From a virus, in the IMG/VR virus record IMGVR_UViG_3300034190_002630: a stretch of 64,000 nt of DNA, one strand, 5' to 3'. A program made the translations under genes and the position numbers. The notes beneath the pieces are model-generated. The model made no database searches, was not told where the DNA came from, and saw only the letters and a program-made list of their open reading frames with translations. Shown piece by piece: positions 29,029-39,082 of this stretch. How positions within the stretch are numbered: the stretch's first letter is position 1; each line of letters begins with the position of its first letter.

Positions 29029-29466
29029 ATGAGAACGTTATTTATACTGTTTTTTTGTGTTTCTGTGTCGGCCAGCGAACTAGTACATGATTTTAATAAT
29101 CCTAGTTTTTCTGGTCAAGGATACTCATCTCATGTTCTATCAATAGAACAATTACAGTTTACGAGAAAAGAACAGATAAAAGATGATATTGAAGCGGCAG
29201 AACGTGATGCCAAACGAGAAGAAGAAAACGAAACAGTAAATCGTTTTCTTGCAAACTTAGAATCACGTATCTATGCGAATTTATCAAAACAATTAGTTGA
29301 TAATATGTTCGCTGAAGATGGCGCTAATACAGGAACAGCAGAGATTGAAGGAGCAGAAATCTATTGGGAAAAGGATACCGACTTAGGAACTATTATGATT
29401 AGAGTGACTGAAGAAGATGGTACCGTGACAACTGTAACAGTTCCAATTGGTGATTTTGGGTTTTAA
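29029..29466 (+). CDS. csgF: curli assembly protein CsgF-like
   Basis: Signal peptide then ELVHDFNNPSFSG; FLANLESRIYANLS; adjacent to CsgG. Confidence 0.85.
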   Translation: MRTLFILFFCVSVSASELVHDFNNPSFSGQGYSSHVLSIEQLQFTRKEQIKDDIEAAERDAKREEENETVNRFLANLESRIYANLSKQLVDNMFAEDGANTGTAEIEGAEIYWEKDTDLGTIMIRVTEEDGTVTTVTVPIGDFGF

Positions 29467-30233
29467 TGATTAAATGGTTACTTGTATTCTTTCTCTTAAC
29501 AGGTTGTGTAACAGGACCTAAGACATTTGATTATGAACCACCAAAGGTTTCACAATCAGTTTTAGATTTACAGGCAGTACCACAATTAGACGGACCGCCG
29601 ATCACAGTTGCAGTTTATACTTTCTTTGATAAAACAGGTCAAAGAAAACCAAGTGAAAAGTTTAGTCAACTAAGTACCGCAGTGACACAAGGTGCTGAAG
29701 TTTGGGTAATACAAACACTTCAAGAGGTTGGTAATGGTACTTGGTTTAAAGTTGTTGAAAGAAGTGGTTTAGATAATTTAATTAAAGAACGACAATTGAT
29801 TCGTTCAACACGTGAACAATATGAAGAAGGCGATAAACAATTAAAACCATTGTTATTTGCTGGATTGATTATTGAGGGTGGAATTATTGGATATGATTCC
29901 AATATAGTAAGTGGAGGAGCAGGTGCTCGATATTTGGGTATTGGTGCCACTCAACAATATAAAGTTGATAATGTTACTGTGTCAATGAGGGTAGTTAGTG
30001 TTTCAACTGGTGAAGTATTACTAACAGTTGCGACAGAAAAAACTATTGCATCTCATGCTACAAGTGCCGATGTATTTCGATTTGTAGATATGGGAACTAC
30101 TGCTGTCGAAGTGGAAACAGGTGTTGCAACGAATGAACCTGTTAACTATGCAGTGAGAGCTGCTATAGAACAAGGTATTATGGAATTAATAGGACAAGGA
30201 GTAGATAAGGAAGTTTGGAAATATAAGGAGTAA
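29466..30233 (+). CDS. csgG: curli secretion channel CsgG
   Basis: Lipobox LTGC; VAVYTFFDKTGQRKP, STAVTQG, WFKVVERSGLDNLIKERQLIR, EGGIIGYD. Confidence 0.95.
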   Translation: MIKWLLVFFLLTGCVTGPKTFDYEPPKVSQSVLDLQAVPQLDGPPITVAVYTFFDKTGQRKPSEKFSQLSTAVTQGAEVWVIQTLQEVGNGTWFKVVERSGLDNLIKERQLIRSTREQYEEGDKQLKPLLFAGLIIEGGIIGYDSNIVSGGAGARYLGIGATQQYKVDNVTVSMRVVSVSTGEVLLTVATEKTIASHATSADVFRFVDMGTTAVEVETGVATNEPVNYAVRAAIEQGIMELIGQGVDKEVWKYKE

Positions 30234-30237
30234 ATAA

Positions 30238-30948
30238 ATGATAAACAAGACGTTAATTTTATTATTGACGTTGTTTTGTGGGTCAATTTACGCAAATGAT
30301 ATTTATATAGAACAGGTTGGTGACAATCTTGATTTGGACATCGTACAAGACGGACAGAATAACGAGATTGGTGATTCAACAACAGACATGACTTTAAATG
30401 GTGATAATATGACATTTAGTATTACACAAACAGGTAATACAAATACAATAGATGCGATAATTAAAGGAAGTTCATATACAGGAACTTGGTCATTTACAGG
30501 TGATTCAAATACTGTGGACTTATTGTGTAGTTCGACATCATCAGGTAATTGTGATAATGTCACATTAAACATTACTACATCAGGTGATGATAACACATTT
30601 GATTTTGATATAGGTGAAGTTGCAGACGCAGATGGTTCTACTGTATCATTTACATTAACAGGTGATCACAATGTAACGAATGTTGATGTAGATGGCCAAA
30701 GTGCTTCTGTTACTGTAACAGTTGACAATTCATCATCATTATCAACAAATTCGACAAACTCAGATGAGGGCGTTGCGATGAATATTGATGTTGACGGAAA
30801 TGGTGATGTAAACGGACACACGATACTTGTAGATATTACAGGTGGTGGTGGAACCCTTGACATTACGCAGTCTGGCGTGTATGATAATAACATAGATTTA
30901 GATGTAACAGGTGACGATTTTGATATTGATATTACACAAAGTGACTAA
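30238..30948 (+). CDS. curlin-like repeat protein 1
   Basis: Signal peptide; NDIYIEQVGDN and repeated Q/T-x-G-x-x-N beta repeats; acidic. Confidence 0.75.
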   Translation: MINKTLILLLTLFCGSIYANDIYIEQVGDNLDLDIVQDGQNNEIGDSTTDMTLNGDNMTFSITQTGNTNTIDAIIKGSSYTGTWSFTGDSNTVDLLCSSTSSGNCDNVTLNITTSGDDNTFDFDIGEVADADGSTVSFTLTGDHNVTNVDVDGQSASVTVTVDNSSSLSTNSTNSDEGVAMNIDVDGNGDVNGHTILVDITGGGGTLDITQSGVYDNNIDLDVTGDDFDIDITQSD

Positions 30949-32059
30949 ATGGATTTCAATACTTTCAGTATTGTATTTTCTATTTCTGTTACTTTACTCT
31001 AACAGTATAGATGCCAGTATTGGAAATGTAACCGATCTTAAAGGTAAAGGTGTTATCAAAAGAACAGACGGTGGCGAACTCCAACTTCAAAAGGAGTTAG
31101 ATGTTTTTTCTTATGATGAAGTCAAGACAGGGAACGGAAGAACAGGAATTACTTTCGTTGATGACACCACAGTTGAAATTACTGAACATTCAAAATTAAT
31201 CATAGATGAATTTATCTATGATCCAGCAAACAAAAAAGGTGGACTTTCTTTAACTGCTGCTTTAGGAACAGTCAAATATGCATCTGGTCAAATTGCAAAA
31301 GATTACAGAGATAATGTAAAAATACAAACACCAACAGCAACCATCGGTGTTCGTGGTACAGACTTTGCGATGATTGTTGATGAGATTGGTGGATCAACTA
31401 TTATCTTATTACCAAGTTGTGATACAAATGGTAATTGTTTTGTTGGTGAAATATCTGTTGAATCTGATGCAGGTCAAGTTATAATGAATCAAGCATTTCA
31501 AGCAACAAGAGTAGAAGCGCCAGAAACAAAACCATTCAAACCTATTTCTGTGGATATTGATGAAAGTATGATTTCCAATTTACTTATATTATCACCACCA
31601 AGAGAGATTGATGATTTAGAAGCAAAAGAAGAAGCAAAGAAACGTGCCAATGTTTTAGATATTGATTTTTTAGAAATAGATGCACTGAATGAAGATTTAT
31701 TAGCAACAACTTCAGAGGATGAAGAATTTACAGAATTGGATATTGATTTCCTCAAACAAGATTTTTTAGCAGATATTTTAGATCAGATAAATAAAATACT
31801 GGCTCAAGAATTTTTGTCTGAATTGACGGATGTTTTTGTTGAGAAAAAACAAAAAACAGGTCAACTTGAAAATGGCGTTATTGTTGTCGATGATGGTAGA
31901 AATTTTATTTTTTCAAGACAAGGTCCAAACAATTTTGTTCGTATCGTGTTAAGTAAAAGATCACAATATGAAATTAATTTAGAACAAACTGATATACAAA
32001 TCAGAGAATTTATCGTAGGAGAAGGCAGTGTCAATAATGTCGATATTTATCAGCGTTAG
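30911..32059 (+). CDS. FecR-domain periplasmic protein
   Basis: DEVKTGNGR..ITFVDDT..ITEHSKLIIDEF, IQTPTATIGVRGTDF; start uncertain. Confidence 0.85.
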   Translation: MTILILILHKVTKWISILSVLYFLFLLLYSNSIDASIGNVTDLKGKGVIKRTDGGELQLQKELDVFSYDEVKTGNGRTGITFVDDTTVEITEHSKLIIDEFIYDPANKKGGLSLTAALGTVKYASGQIAKDYRDNVKIQTPTATIGVRGTDFAMIVDEIGGSTIILLPSCDTNGNCFVGEISVESDAGQVIMNQAFQATRVEAPETKPFKPISVDIDESMISNLLILSPPREIDDLEAKEEAKKRANVLDIDFLEIDALNEDLLATTSEDEEFTELDIDFLKQDFLADILDQINKILAQEFLSELTDVFVEKKQKTGQLENGVIVVDDGRNFIFSRQGPNNFVRIVLSKRSQYEINLEQTDIQIREFIVGEGSVNNVDIYQR

Positions 32060-32969
32060 TATAGTTTTTTTAAGTGTGCAAACTATAAAGTACGCAAATG
32101 CAAACGAAATTTACATAAGTCAAGTTGGTAATAATCCTACAATAACTATAACGCAAGACGGTGAAAACAATAGAGTTTCTACAAAAAGCACAGCAGCCTC
32201 AAATGCTACTTTAGTGGGTAAAAATCAAACAATCAATTTTACACAAACAGGCGATAATAATAAGATTGGTCTATACAAACACTATTATGGTTCTGATAAT
32301 CAAACTGCAAGTAATATGACTGCTACACAAACAGGTGATAATCTTGTCATGTACTTAGATAATCACGGTGATAATAATAATTTCACAGCGTCACAAATTC
32401 ATCAAAACGCAAGCATGGATTTAGAAATTGATTATGATAACAATGATGTAATAGCAAAACAAATCTGTTCATATTCAACTTGCGACCAAGACATAATGAT
32501 ATTAAACGTAGTTGCAAATGACAATGAAATAATAATGGCACAAGGTTATGATGTTTCAAGCACAGGTGTTTTTAGTTATGATTATCAAGAACATGGTGGA
32601 CATTATATGAATGTTTATATTTCTGGTGATAATAACAGTTATATTGCAAGTCAAAGAGCAAATAATAATTTAACTGAACATACTAATTATTCTTACATTT
32701 ATGGTGATAACAATAATATCTTTATTAAACAAGAACATAATAATGATAAATCGTTATCTCTAACTGTGAATAATGATTATAATGATGTAGATATTTACCA
32801 AAGAAAATCAGGTGGTTCACAATCTGCTATAATCACTTTAAGTGGAACTTACGGAACGGATTTAGATTTGACTATGGGAACAAATAATACAACAACTGAT
32901 GGTACATATTCATTATCTCAAAACTGTCAAACAGTAGGTGGATGTAGTATAAGTGTGACACAACAATGA
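32028..32969 (+). CDS. curlin-like repeat protein 2
   Basis: Signal peptide; NEIYISQVGNN, QDGENN, QTGDNN and GDNN repeats; N-rich. Confidence 0.75.
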   Translation: MSIMSIFISVSIVFLSVQTIKYANANEIYISQVGNNPTITITQDGENNRVSTKSTAASNATLVGKNQTINFTQTGDNNKIGLYKHYYGSDNQTASNMTATQTGDNLVMYLDNHGDNNNFTASQIHQNASMDLEIDYDNNDVIAKQICSYSTCDQDIMILNVVANDNEIIMAQGYDVSSTGVFSYDYQEHGGHYMNVYISGDNNSYIASQRANNNLTEHTNYSYIYGDNNNIFIKQEHNNDKSLSLTVNNDYNDVDIYQRKSGGSQSAIITLSGTYGTDLDLTMGTNNTTTDGTYSLSQNCQTVGGCSISVTQQ

Positions 32970-33166
32970 TAAAAATATTTTTAATTGCTATGGTTTTTAA
33001 TTATGAAACAGAAAAATGGGCCTTTTTTGATAAACTACCTATAATAGAAATGCCTACTATGAAACAATGTCTGATATATCAAAATGGATTTAATAGAAGA
33101 TTTATTGAAACAGGAACTAATATCAGAGCATTTTGTGTAGAAAAAGAACCTGATATTTATATTTAA
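32966..33166 (+). CDS. hypothetical protein
   Basis: 66 aa; overlaps both neighbours; two Cys. Confidence 0.65.
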   Translation: MIKIFLIAMVFNYETEKWAFFDKLPIIEMPTMKQCLIYQNGFNRRFIETGTNIRAFCVEKEPDIYI

Positions 33167-35004
33167 TGAAAAAAATAATTACTCATTGGACGTTTGCATT
33201 TGTTACATTAGTCTTAATTACATTTTTAGGACTACAAAATCCTCAAATTAAAGAAATTCTTAAACTTAAATCATTCGATTTATTGTTTCAATCTGAAGAA
33301 AAAACAATCTCTGAAAATATTGGAATCGTTACTATTGATGAAGCATCAATACAAAAATATGGACAATGGCCGTGGAAAAGAGATATTCTTGCAGATTTAA
33401 TTTACAAATTACGAGAATCAGGTGTCGGTATCATTATGATGCCAATACTTTTTTCAGAACCTGATCGTTTAGGTGGTGATGATGCGTTTGCACAATCATT
33501 AACTAACATGGGAGTTGTTATTGCTCAAGTAGGAACTACACAAACTAATAAGAATACAGTTCCAAGAGGAGTTGCAAAAGTCGGTAATCCCATTCCTTAT
33601 CTTTTTGAATGGCCAGGAATGTTAGGACCTATTCCTAAATTACAAGTTGCAGACGGAGTTGGAGTGATTAATACTGCACCAGAATTAGATGGTGTAGTTA
33701 GACGAGTTCCTTTAATAATGAGAATCGGAGAGGAAACTTATCCACAAATGGCAATTGAAGTCATTCGTGTTGCAACAGGACAACCAAGTTATCAAGTAAA
33801 AGCAAATCAATTTGGAGTTGAGGCATTAAGAGTGCCTGGGTTTTCCCCAATCAAAACTGATGTAAATGGAAGAATATGGTTGCGTTGGAATAAAGATTAT
33901 GAAACAATATCAGCAAGTGAAAATGATTTTACAAAATTTGCAGGTCGTACAGTTATTGTAGGAATGACAGCAGAAGGTTTAGGTGGCATCATTGCAACAC
34001 CTAATGGTGAACAATATGATTATATTTTATCGGCATCTACATTAGATACAGTACTTAGTGGTGAATCTGTTGGACGAGTTGATTGGTTGATAGAGACAAT
34101 TATAGCATTTGTCTTAGGAGCAATCATTATTGTTCTTACAAGATTTACATCATACCCTTGGGTTGCCTTTACAATGGTTTCAGGTGTTCTTATATTAATA
34201 ATACATTGTGCCGTAATCTTTCAAGAATATCTTTTACTATTCGATATCACATGGATTTTAATTACAATTTTATTTGTTGGATTGCACAGCATATTCAATC
34301 GTTTTATTTTAGAATTTAATTTAAAACAACAAATACGAAAACAATTTGAAACATACTTAGATCCACGACAAGTTGCAATACTACAAAAAGACCCTAGTAA
34401 ATTAAAACTTGGTGGTGAAAGAAAAGAGATGTCATTTCTGTTTATGGATATTGTAGGGTTTACACCAATATCTGAATATTACAAAAACAATGATGACCCA
34501 GAAGGTTTAGTAGAAGTTATTAATGATTATTTAAATCGTATGACAAAAATTGTTTTAGATAATGGTGGAACAGTGGACAAATACATGGGTGATTGTATTA
34601 TGGCATTTTGGAATGCACCATTAGAATGCCCAAATCATGCTGAGATGGCAGTCAAGACAAGTATTGAATGTGCGATTGAAACTGAAAAACTAAAAGAAGA
34701 ATTTAAGAAAAAAGGTTTACCAGAAATCAATATAGGATCAGGTGTCAATACAGGCACTTGCATTGTTGGTAATATGGGAAGTGACACTAGATTTGATTAT
34801 TCTGTAATTGGTGATGCTGTTAATTTGGCTGCACGATTAGAGGCTCAAACTAGGAACTACAAAGATAAGAATGGTAAGGTTGTATCAACACTTTACTCAT
34901 CTTATACAAAAGAACAACTTACGAACATCAAATCAATAGAAGTTGATAAGATTAAAGTAAAAGGAAAGGAAGAATTAATCACTATTTACAAACCAGTGAT
35001 GTGA
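33166..35004 (+). CDS. CHASE2-domain class III adenylate cyclase
   Basis: IDEASIQKYGQWPWKR, FSEPDR, DGVVRRVPL (CHASE2); three TMs; FMDIVGFT, DKYMGDCIMAFW, GNMGS..RFDYSVIGDAVNLAARLE. Confidence 0.93.
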   Translation: MKKIITHWTFAFVTLVLITFLGLQNPQIKEILKLKSFDLLFQSEEKTISENIGIVTIDEASIQKYGQWPWKRDILADLIYKLRESGVGIIMMPILFSEPDRLGGDDAFAQSLTNMGVVIAQVGTTQTNKNTVPRGVAKVGNPIPYLFEWPGMLGPIPKLQVADGVGVINTAPELDGVVRRVPLIMRIGEETYPQMAIEVIRVATGQPSYQVKANQFGVEALRVPGFSPIKTDVNGRIWLRWNKDYETISASENDFTKFAGRTVIVGMTAEGLGGIIATPNGEQYDYILSASTLDTVLSGESVGRVDWLIETIIAFVLGAIIIVLTRFTSYPWVAFTMVSGVLILIIHCAVIFQEYLLLFDITWILITILFVGLHSIFNRFILEFNLKQQIRKQFETYLDPRQVAILQKDPSKLKLGGERKEMSFLFMDIVGFTPISEYYKNNDDPEGLVEVINDYLNRMTKIVLDNGGTVDKYMGDCIMAFWNAPLECPNHAEMAVKTSIECAIETEKLKEEFKKKGLPEINIGSGVNTGTCIVGNMGSDTRFDYSVIGDAVNLAARLEAQTRNYKDKNGKVVSTLYSSYTKEQLTNIKSIEVDKIKVKGKEELITIYKPVM

Positions 35005-35014
35005 AGGAAATACT

Positions 35015-35155
35015 ATGGCAAGAATGATACAAACAAACACAGCATACGAACCTGTCAATAAAAAGACATCTCAAGGACGCAGAAATCTAAAGATGTCATC
35101 CATGAATAAAAACAAGAGAAGATCGTTTAAAAAGTATCGAGGACAGGGAAAATAA
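35015..35155 (+). CDS. 46-aa basic protein (not in ORF track)
   Basis: AAGGA RBS; KKTSQG...KRRSFKKYRGQGK, a motif I recall from marine T4-like phages. Confidence 0.75.
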   Translation: MARMIQTNTAYEPVNKKTSQGRRNLKMSSMNKNKRRSFKKYRGQGK

Positions 35156-35206
35156 CCCCCTAGATATCAAAAAATCCTTATTTTTCGGGCATTTTTTAAC
35201 CCAAAT

Positions 35207-35242
35207 TAACCCTTGACAATATGGTCAAATACCTGTTATTCT
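35207..35242 (+). promoter_or_regulatory. sigma70-like early promoter
   Basis: TAACCC-TTGACA-18-TATTCT with extended TG. Confidence 0.7.
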
Positions 35243-35274
35243 GATAATAGATGAACAAAATGAGAGGTAATCAA

Positions 35275-35535
35275 ATGTCTATAGAAATCAAAAAAGGTGA
35301 CCAAATTGTCGCACATTGGGGTGCCGGAAGACCTGAACAACGTGGAAAAGTTAAAGTTGTTCATGATGACGGTCATGTGATTGTACGTCTAAGAAATGGA
35401 CGTATTTCAGAGGATCACTTAGTTCTTGCAAAAGAATTTATTAGTGATTACTTTTTCAAATGCAGTATCGGTTATCACCATATGCCGACTGCTGAGAAAA
35501 TCGCAGTTAACTTATTTGATAAGGAGTATGCATAA
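35275..35535 (+). CDS. hypothetical protein (SH3-like beta pattern)
   Basis: GAGAGG RBS before ATG 35275; IKKGDQIVAHWG. Confidence 0.7.
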   Translation: MSIEIKKGDQIVAHWGAGRPEQRGKVKVVHDDGHVIVRLRNGRISEDHLVLAKEFISDYFFKCSIGYHHMPTAEKIAVNLFDKEYA

Positions 35536-35961
35536 TTGAGTAAACAAGGAACATTACATTTAGTTTATTGGCGAGAATATAAGGATGATTCTGAAAAGTA
35601 TGATCCTTATTTCAAAACTTATTATACAATTTTTAGAAACGCACCTTTATCACAACTTGATAGATTGTCGTCTTCTAAATTACATGACAAGATTAAAATA
35701 TTTTGTGATAAAAATTACAAAGAAGATGTAAGTAATTTTACAGGTGTATCTGGTGTAGAAATGATACATGGTTCTGAATATTATCATACTTACAATGATG
35801 AGTTTGGAAATGAAGATACACCTTATAGTGATTCTGATTTTTACTATGATTATTGTCAATCATATAATGGTAGACAGTTTTTTAAATATGACTTCTTACC
35901 TGAATTTACAGAAGAAATGTCACCGTTCTATGAGAATGGTCAATTTTGTGGGCCAATATAA
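35536..35961 (+). CDS. hypothetical protein
   Basis: 141-aa Y/D-rich ORF, AAGGAG upstream. Confidence 0.7.
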   Translation: MSKQGTLHLVYWREYKDDSEKYDPYFKTYYTIFRNAPLSQLDRLSSSKLHDKIKIFCDKNYKEDVSNFTGVSGVEMIHGSEYYHTYNDEFGNEDTPYSDSDFYYDYCQSYNGRQFFKYDFLPEFTEEMSPFYENGQFCGPI

Positions 35962-35963
35962 AA

Positions 35964-36074
35964 ATGTTAAGAGCATTATTTTGGATGGCAATAGGTGCCC
36001 TACTAACTTTAGTAGATTACGGAACAGTCTTTGAATGGTTGTCTGTAATATTTTCAGTTTTATCAACTAAATAA
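35964..36074 (+). CDS. 36-aa hydrophobic peptide (not in ORF track)
   Basis: MLRALFWMAIGALLTLVDYG...; fills gap. Confidence 0.5.
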   Translation: MLRALFWMAIGALLTLVDYGTVFEWLSVIFSVLSTK

Positions 36075-36089
36075 AATAAAGGAGTAAAC

Positions 36090-36332
36090 TTGAAACAATA
36101 TAGAAAGAAACCAAACTTTGAAAGGACTGAAGGTCTACACGTAATTGTTAGGGATAACAATGTAGATAAGGCCATGAGGAAGTTAAAAAGAATGGTTAAG
36201 AATGCTGGGATTCTACAAGAAATAAAAGAACGACAGTTTTTTCAAAAGCCATCAGAGAAAAAAAGACTTGCTAAAAAAGCAGGTAAAAAAAGGTGGTTAA
36301 AAAAAGTTGCACAAATGGAACATGAGTATTGA
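36090..36332 (+). CDS. rpsU: ribosomal protein bS21
   Basis: VIVRDNNVDKAMRKLKR..GILQEIKERQFFQKPSEKKR; AAGGAG RBS. Confidence 0.9.
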   Translation: MKQYRKKPNFERTEGLHVIVRDNNVDKAMRKLKRMVKNAGILQEIKERQFFQKPSEKKRLAKKAGKKRWLKKVAQMEHEY

Positions 36333-36436
36333 TGAATACGCAGAATACGAAAAACTAAAACGCAAATCTAGAACTGATAATATGTCAATGAGAGTCAAAG
36401 ACGTATTACGATTTTTTGATTTGAAGGAAAAATTTA

Positions 36437-36796
36437 ATGACAGACAACATAATAAAAGGACCGTGGAAAAGAGTGGTGACAATATCACCAGAAGAAAATA
36501 GTAGGGTTCGTGAAGACATAGAGTTCGTAGAGGAACTTGCAGAAAGTATCGTGGTTAATGCGATTACAAATTTTCAAGAGAATGGTATTGATGTAACATC
36601 TGGCACAATGAAAATGTACATACCATTTTTAAATGAATGTGTCAGAGCAGTCTGTTATAAAGATATGGGTTACAAACATATATTAAATGACCTTGTTGAA
36701 AAGATTATGACCGAAAAATCTGTTGACAATAACTTAGATATATCGTATCATAGCGTTAATATAGATAAAGTAAAAGAATTGACAGAGGATAAATGA
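36437..36796 (+). CDS. hypothetical protein
   Basis: DNIIKGPW N-terminus typical of marine phage proteins. Confidence 0.7.
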   Translation: MTDNIIKGPWKRVVTISPEENSRVREDIEFVEELAESIVVNAITNFQENGIDVTSGTMKMYIPFLNECVRAVCYKDMGYKHILNDLVEKIMTEKSVDNNLDISYHSVNIDKVKELTEDK

Positions 36797-37641
36797 TAAT
36801 ACTTGATATGAATCAAATCTCATTGGCAGGTTTGATGATGCATTTGAATATGGAAAAGACGGATAAACCTGATGTTGGTATGGTTCGTCATATGATACTT
36901 AATTCAATACGTATGCATCGTCAAGAGTTTAATGAAGAGTATGGTGAGATTGTTTTGGCATATGATAGTAAACATTATTGGCGTAGAGATTTTTTTCCAC
37001 ACTATAAACAAAATCGTAGAAAAGCCAGAAGTAAAGATAGTAAAGATTGGGAATCTATCTTTGAGTGTCTTAATAAAATAAAACAAGAAATAAAAGATTA
37101 TCTGCCTTACAAAGTAATTGAAGTGCATGGTGCAGAGGCAGATGATGTCATAGGAACTTTAGCAAAAAAATATCCCGATGAAAAAATTATGATAGTTTCA
37201 GGTGATAAAGATTTTATTCAATTACAAAAATTTTCTAATGTATCACAATATTCACCTATACTAAAAAAAACTATAAATGGTGAGGACCCAAACGAATATA
37301 TAAAAGTACATATATTAAAAGGTGATTCGTCTGATGGCATTCCGAATGTTTTATCAAATGATAATGTGTTTGTTGAAGGTCTAAGACAAAAACCACTTAG
37401 TAAAAAGAAAATAGAAGCATGGAAAGATGGCAACTTTGATAATACTATGGCAACTGATGAAGTAGTTCGTAATTATAGTCGTAATAAAAATCTTATAGAC
37501 TTAGAATGTATACCAGTTGATATTCAAACAAATATTCTCAAAGAATTTTCAGAAGCACCATGTGGCGATAGAAGTAAAATGTTAACTTACTTTATCGAAA
37601 ATAAACTAAAAGAACTAACTGACTCAATAGGAGATTTCTAA
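36793..37641 (+). CDS. rnh: T4-type RNase H / 5'-3' exonuclease
   Basis: MIILDMNQI, YWRRDFFPHYK, EADDVI, SGDKDFIQL, GDSSDGIPN. Confidence 0.93.
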   Translation: MIILDMNQISLAGLMMHLNMEKTDKPDVGMVRHMILNSIRMHRQEFNEEYGEIVLAYDSKHYWRRDFFPHYKQNRRKARSKDSKDWESIFECLNKIKQEIKDYLPYKVIEVHGAEADDVIGTLAKKYPDEKIMIVSGDKDFIQLQKFSNVSQYSPILKKTINGEDPNEYIKVHILKGDSSDGIPNVLSNDNVFVEGLRQKPLSKKKIEAWKDGNFDNTMATDEVVRNYSRNKNLIDLECIPVDIQTNILKEFSEAPCGDRSKMLTYFIENKLKELTDSIGDF

Positions 37642-38117
37642 TGAACAAACCATTACCTGGCACAGTATTGAATTCTAGTAATTCATTATTATTTTCAGAA
37701 ATACTAGACAAAGTGCATAAAGCAAAAACAAAAGAAGAAAAAGTAAGAATACTAAAATATCATGATAACCAATCATTAAGAATGGTTATTAAATCATCAT
37801 TTGATCCTAAAATAGAATGGGTTCTACCAGTAGGAGATGTACCATTTAAACCAAACGATGCACCTGCTGGAACTGAACACACAAGATTAGCATCAGAGGC
37901 AAAAAAATTATATCACTATATTAAAGGTGGTGATAATGATACACCACAATACAAAAAAGAACTTATGTTTATACAATTGTTAGAAGGTCTACATGAAACT
38001 GAAGCAAAACTTGTTATAAACGCAAAAGATAAAAAGTTGCATCAGATCTACAAAGGATTATCTAAAGAAGTTGTAAAAGAAGCATTTGGTTGGAATGATG
38101 AATTTGCGAAAGCATGA
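37641..38117 (+). CDS. DUF6433-like protein
   Basis: LPVGDVPF, KKELMFIQLLEGLHETEA..KDK. Confidence 0.75.
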   Translation: MNKPLPGTVLNSSNSLLFSEILDKVHKAKTKEEKVRILKYHDNQSLRMVIKSSFDPKIEWVLPVGDVPFKPNDAPAGTEHTRLASEAKKLYHYIKGGDNDTPQYKKELMFIQLLEGLHETEAKLVINAKDKKLHQIYKGLSKEVVKEAFGWNDEFAKA

Positions 38118-38641
38118 GAATAGGTGAACCATATTTAATTAAACAACCACCATTTAAAATAAATGTAGATGGTGGAAGTAAAGAAGATGCAAAAACAAAT
38201 GATAGTAGTGGTCATACTGCAAGAATATCTGAGATACGTTGGATAAATGATAGACCAACATTAGATAGATTTTTAGAATATACTAAACTGGTTAATAAAG
38301 AAGCTGGATGGAATTTTCAAATAGATGGCATAGAACCACTACAATATACAGAGTATGGGGCAGGTGGAGAATATGGATGGCATATTGATCAACACACAAA
38401 ACCATATGCAGATAATCGTATTAGAAAAATATCATTTTCATTACTTTTGAATGATAATTATGAGGGTGGTGATTTTGACTTAGAATACGGTCATCCTAGT
38501 AAAGAATTAAGACATGCGACATTCCGTCTCGGTAAAAATGAGGCAATATTCTTCAAATCAGATTTTTGGCATCGTGTAAACCCAGTAAAATCGGGCATTC
38601 GAAAGAGTCTTGTAGGGTGGATTTTAGGGAAAAATTATTAA
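38114..38641 (+). CDS. 2OG-Fe(II) oxygenase
   Basis: LQYTEY, YGWHID, RKISFSLLL, YEGGDF, HRVNPVKSGIRKSLVGW. Confidence 0.9.
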   Translation: MRIGEPYLIKQPPFKINVDGGSKEDAKTNDSSGHTARISEIRWINDRPTLDRFLEYTKLVNKEAGWNFQIDGIEPLQYTEYGAGGEYGWHIDQHTKPYADNRIRKISFSLLLNDNYEGGDFDLEYGHPSKELRHATFRLGKNEAIFFKSDFWHRVNPVKSGIRKSLVGWILGKNY

Positions 38642-38644
38642 AAA

Positions 38645-38679
38645 TAACCCTTGACATATATCTCATTTCGTGGTATTAT
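38645..38679 (+). promoter_or_regulatory. sigma70-like early promoter
   Basis: TAACCC-TTGACA-17-TATTAT with extended TG. Confidence 0.75.
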
Positions 38680-38704
38680 ATAGTAAGAATGAGAGGTACT
38701 TATT

Positions 38705-39073
38705 ATGCAAACAGTAAATAAATCAGCAAACACAATCGAAGAAGGATTTGAGTTTCTAAAGGAAGCTGCAATCCAAGATTATAAAGAATTTATCAACAAT
38801 GAAAATATGATAAAAGAATATGAAGACAATATTCAATTAGAAGTTGGTGGTTCTAAATTTTTCAAAATCACTACAGGTAGATCAAATCAGAGATCAGTTT
38901 TTGGTTTCATTGTAAAAGAAGATATGTTCACACCTGGTGGACAACCTCAGTTTAAGAAAGGTGATATTCTTAAAGCTGCATCATGGAAAGCACCTGCCAA
39001 GAACAGAGCAAGAGGTAATGTTCTTTCAGGTAATTATCCTATTCAATGGACTGGTCCTTTATATTTAAGTTAG
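38705..39073 (+). CDS. conserved phage hypothetical protein
   Basis: SVFGFI, GDILKAASWKAPAKNRARGN, WTGPLYL. Confidence 0.8.
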   Translation: MQTVNKSANTIEEGFEFLKEAAIQDYKEFINNENMIKEYEDNIQLEVGGSKFFKITTGRSNQRSVFGFIVKEDMFTPGGQPQFKKGDILKAASWKAPAKNRARGNVLSGNYPIQWTGPLYLS

Positions 39074-39082
39074 GAGGTGACT

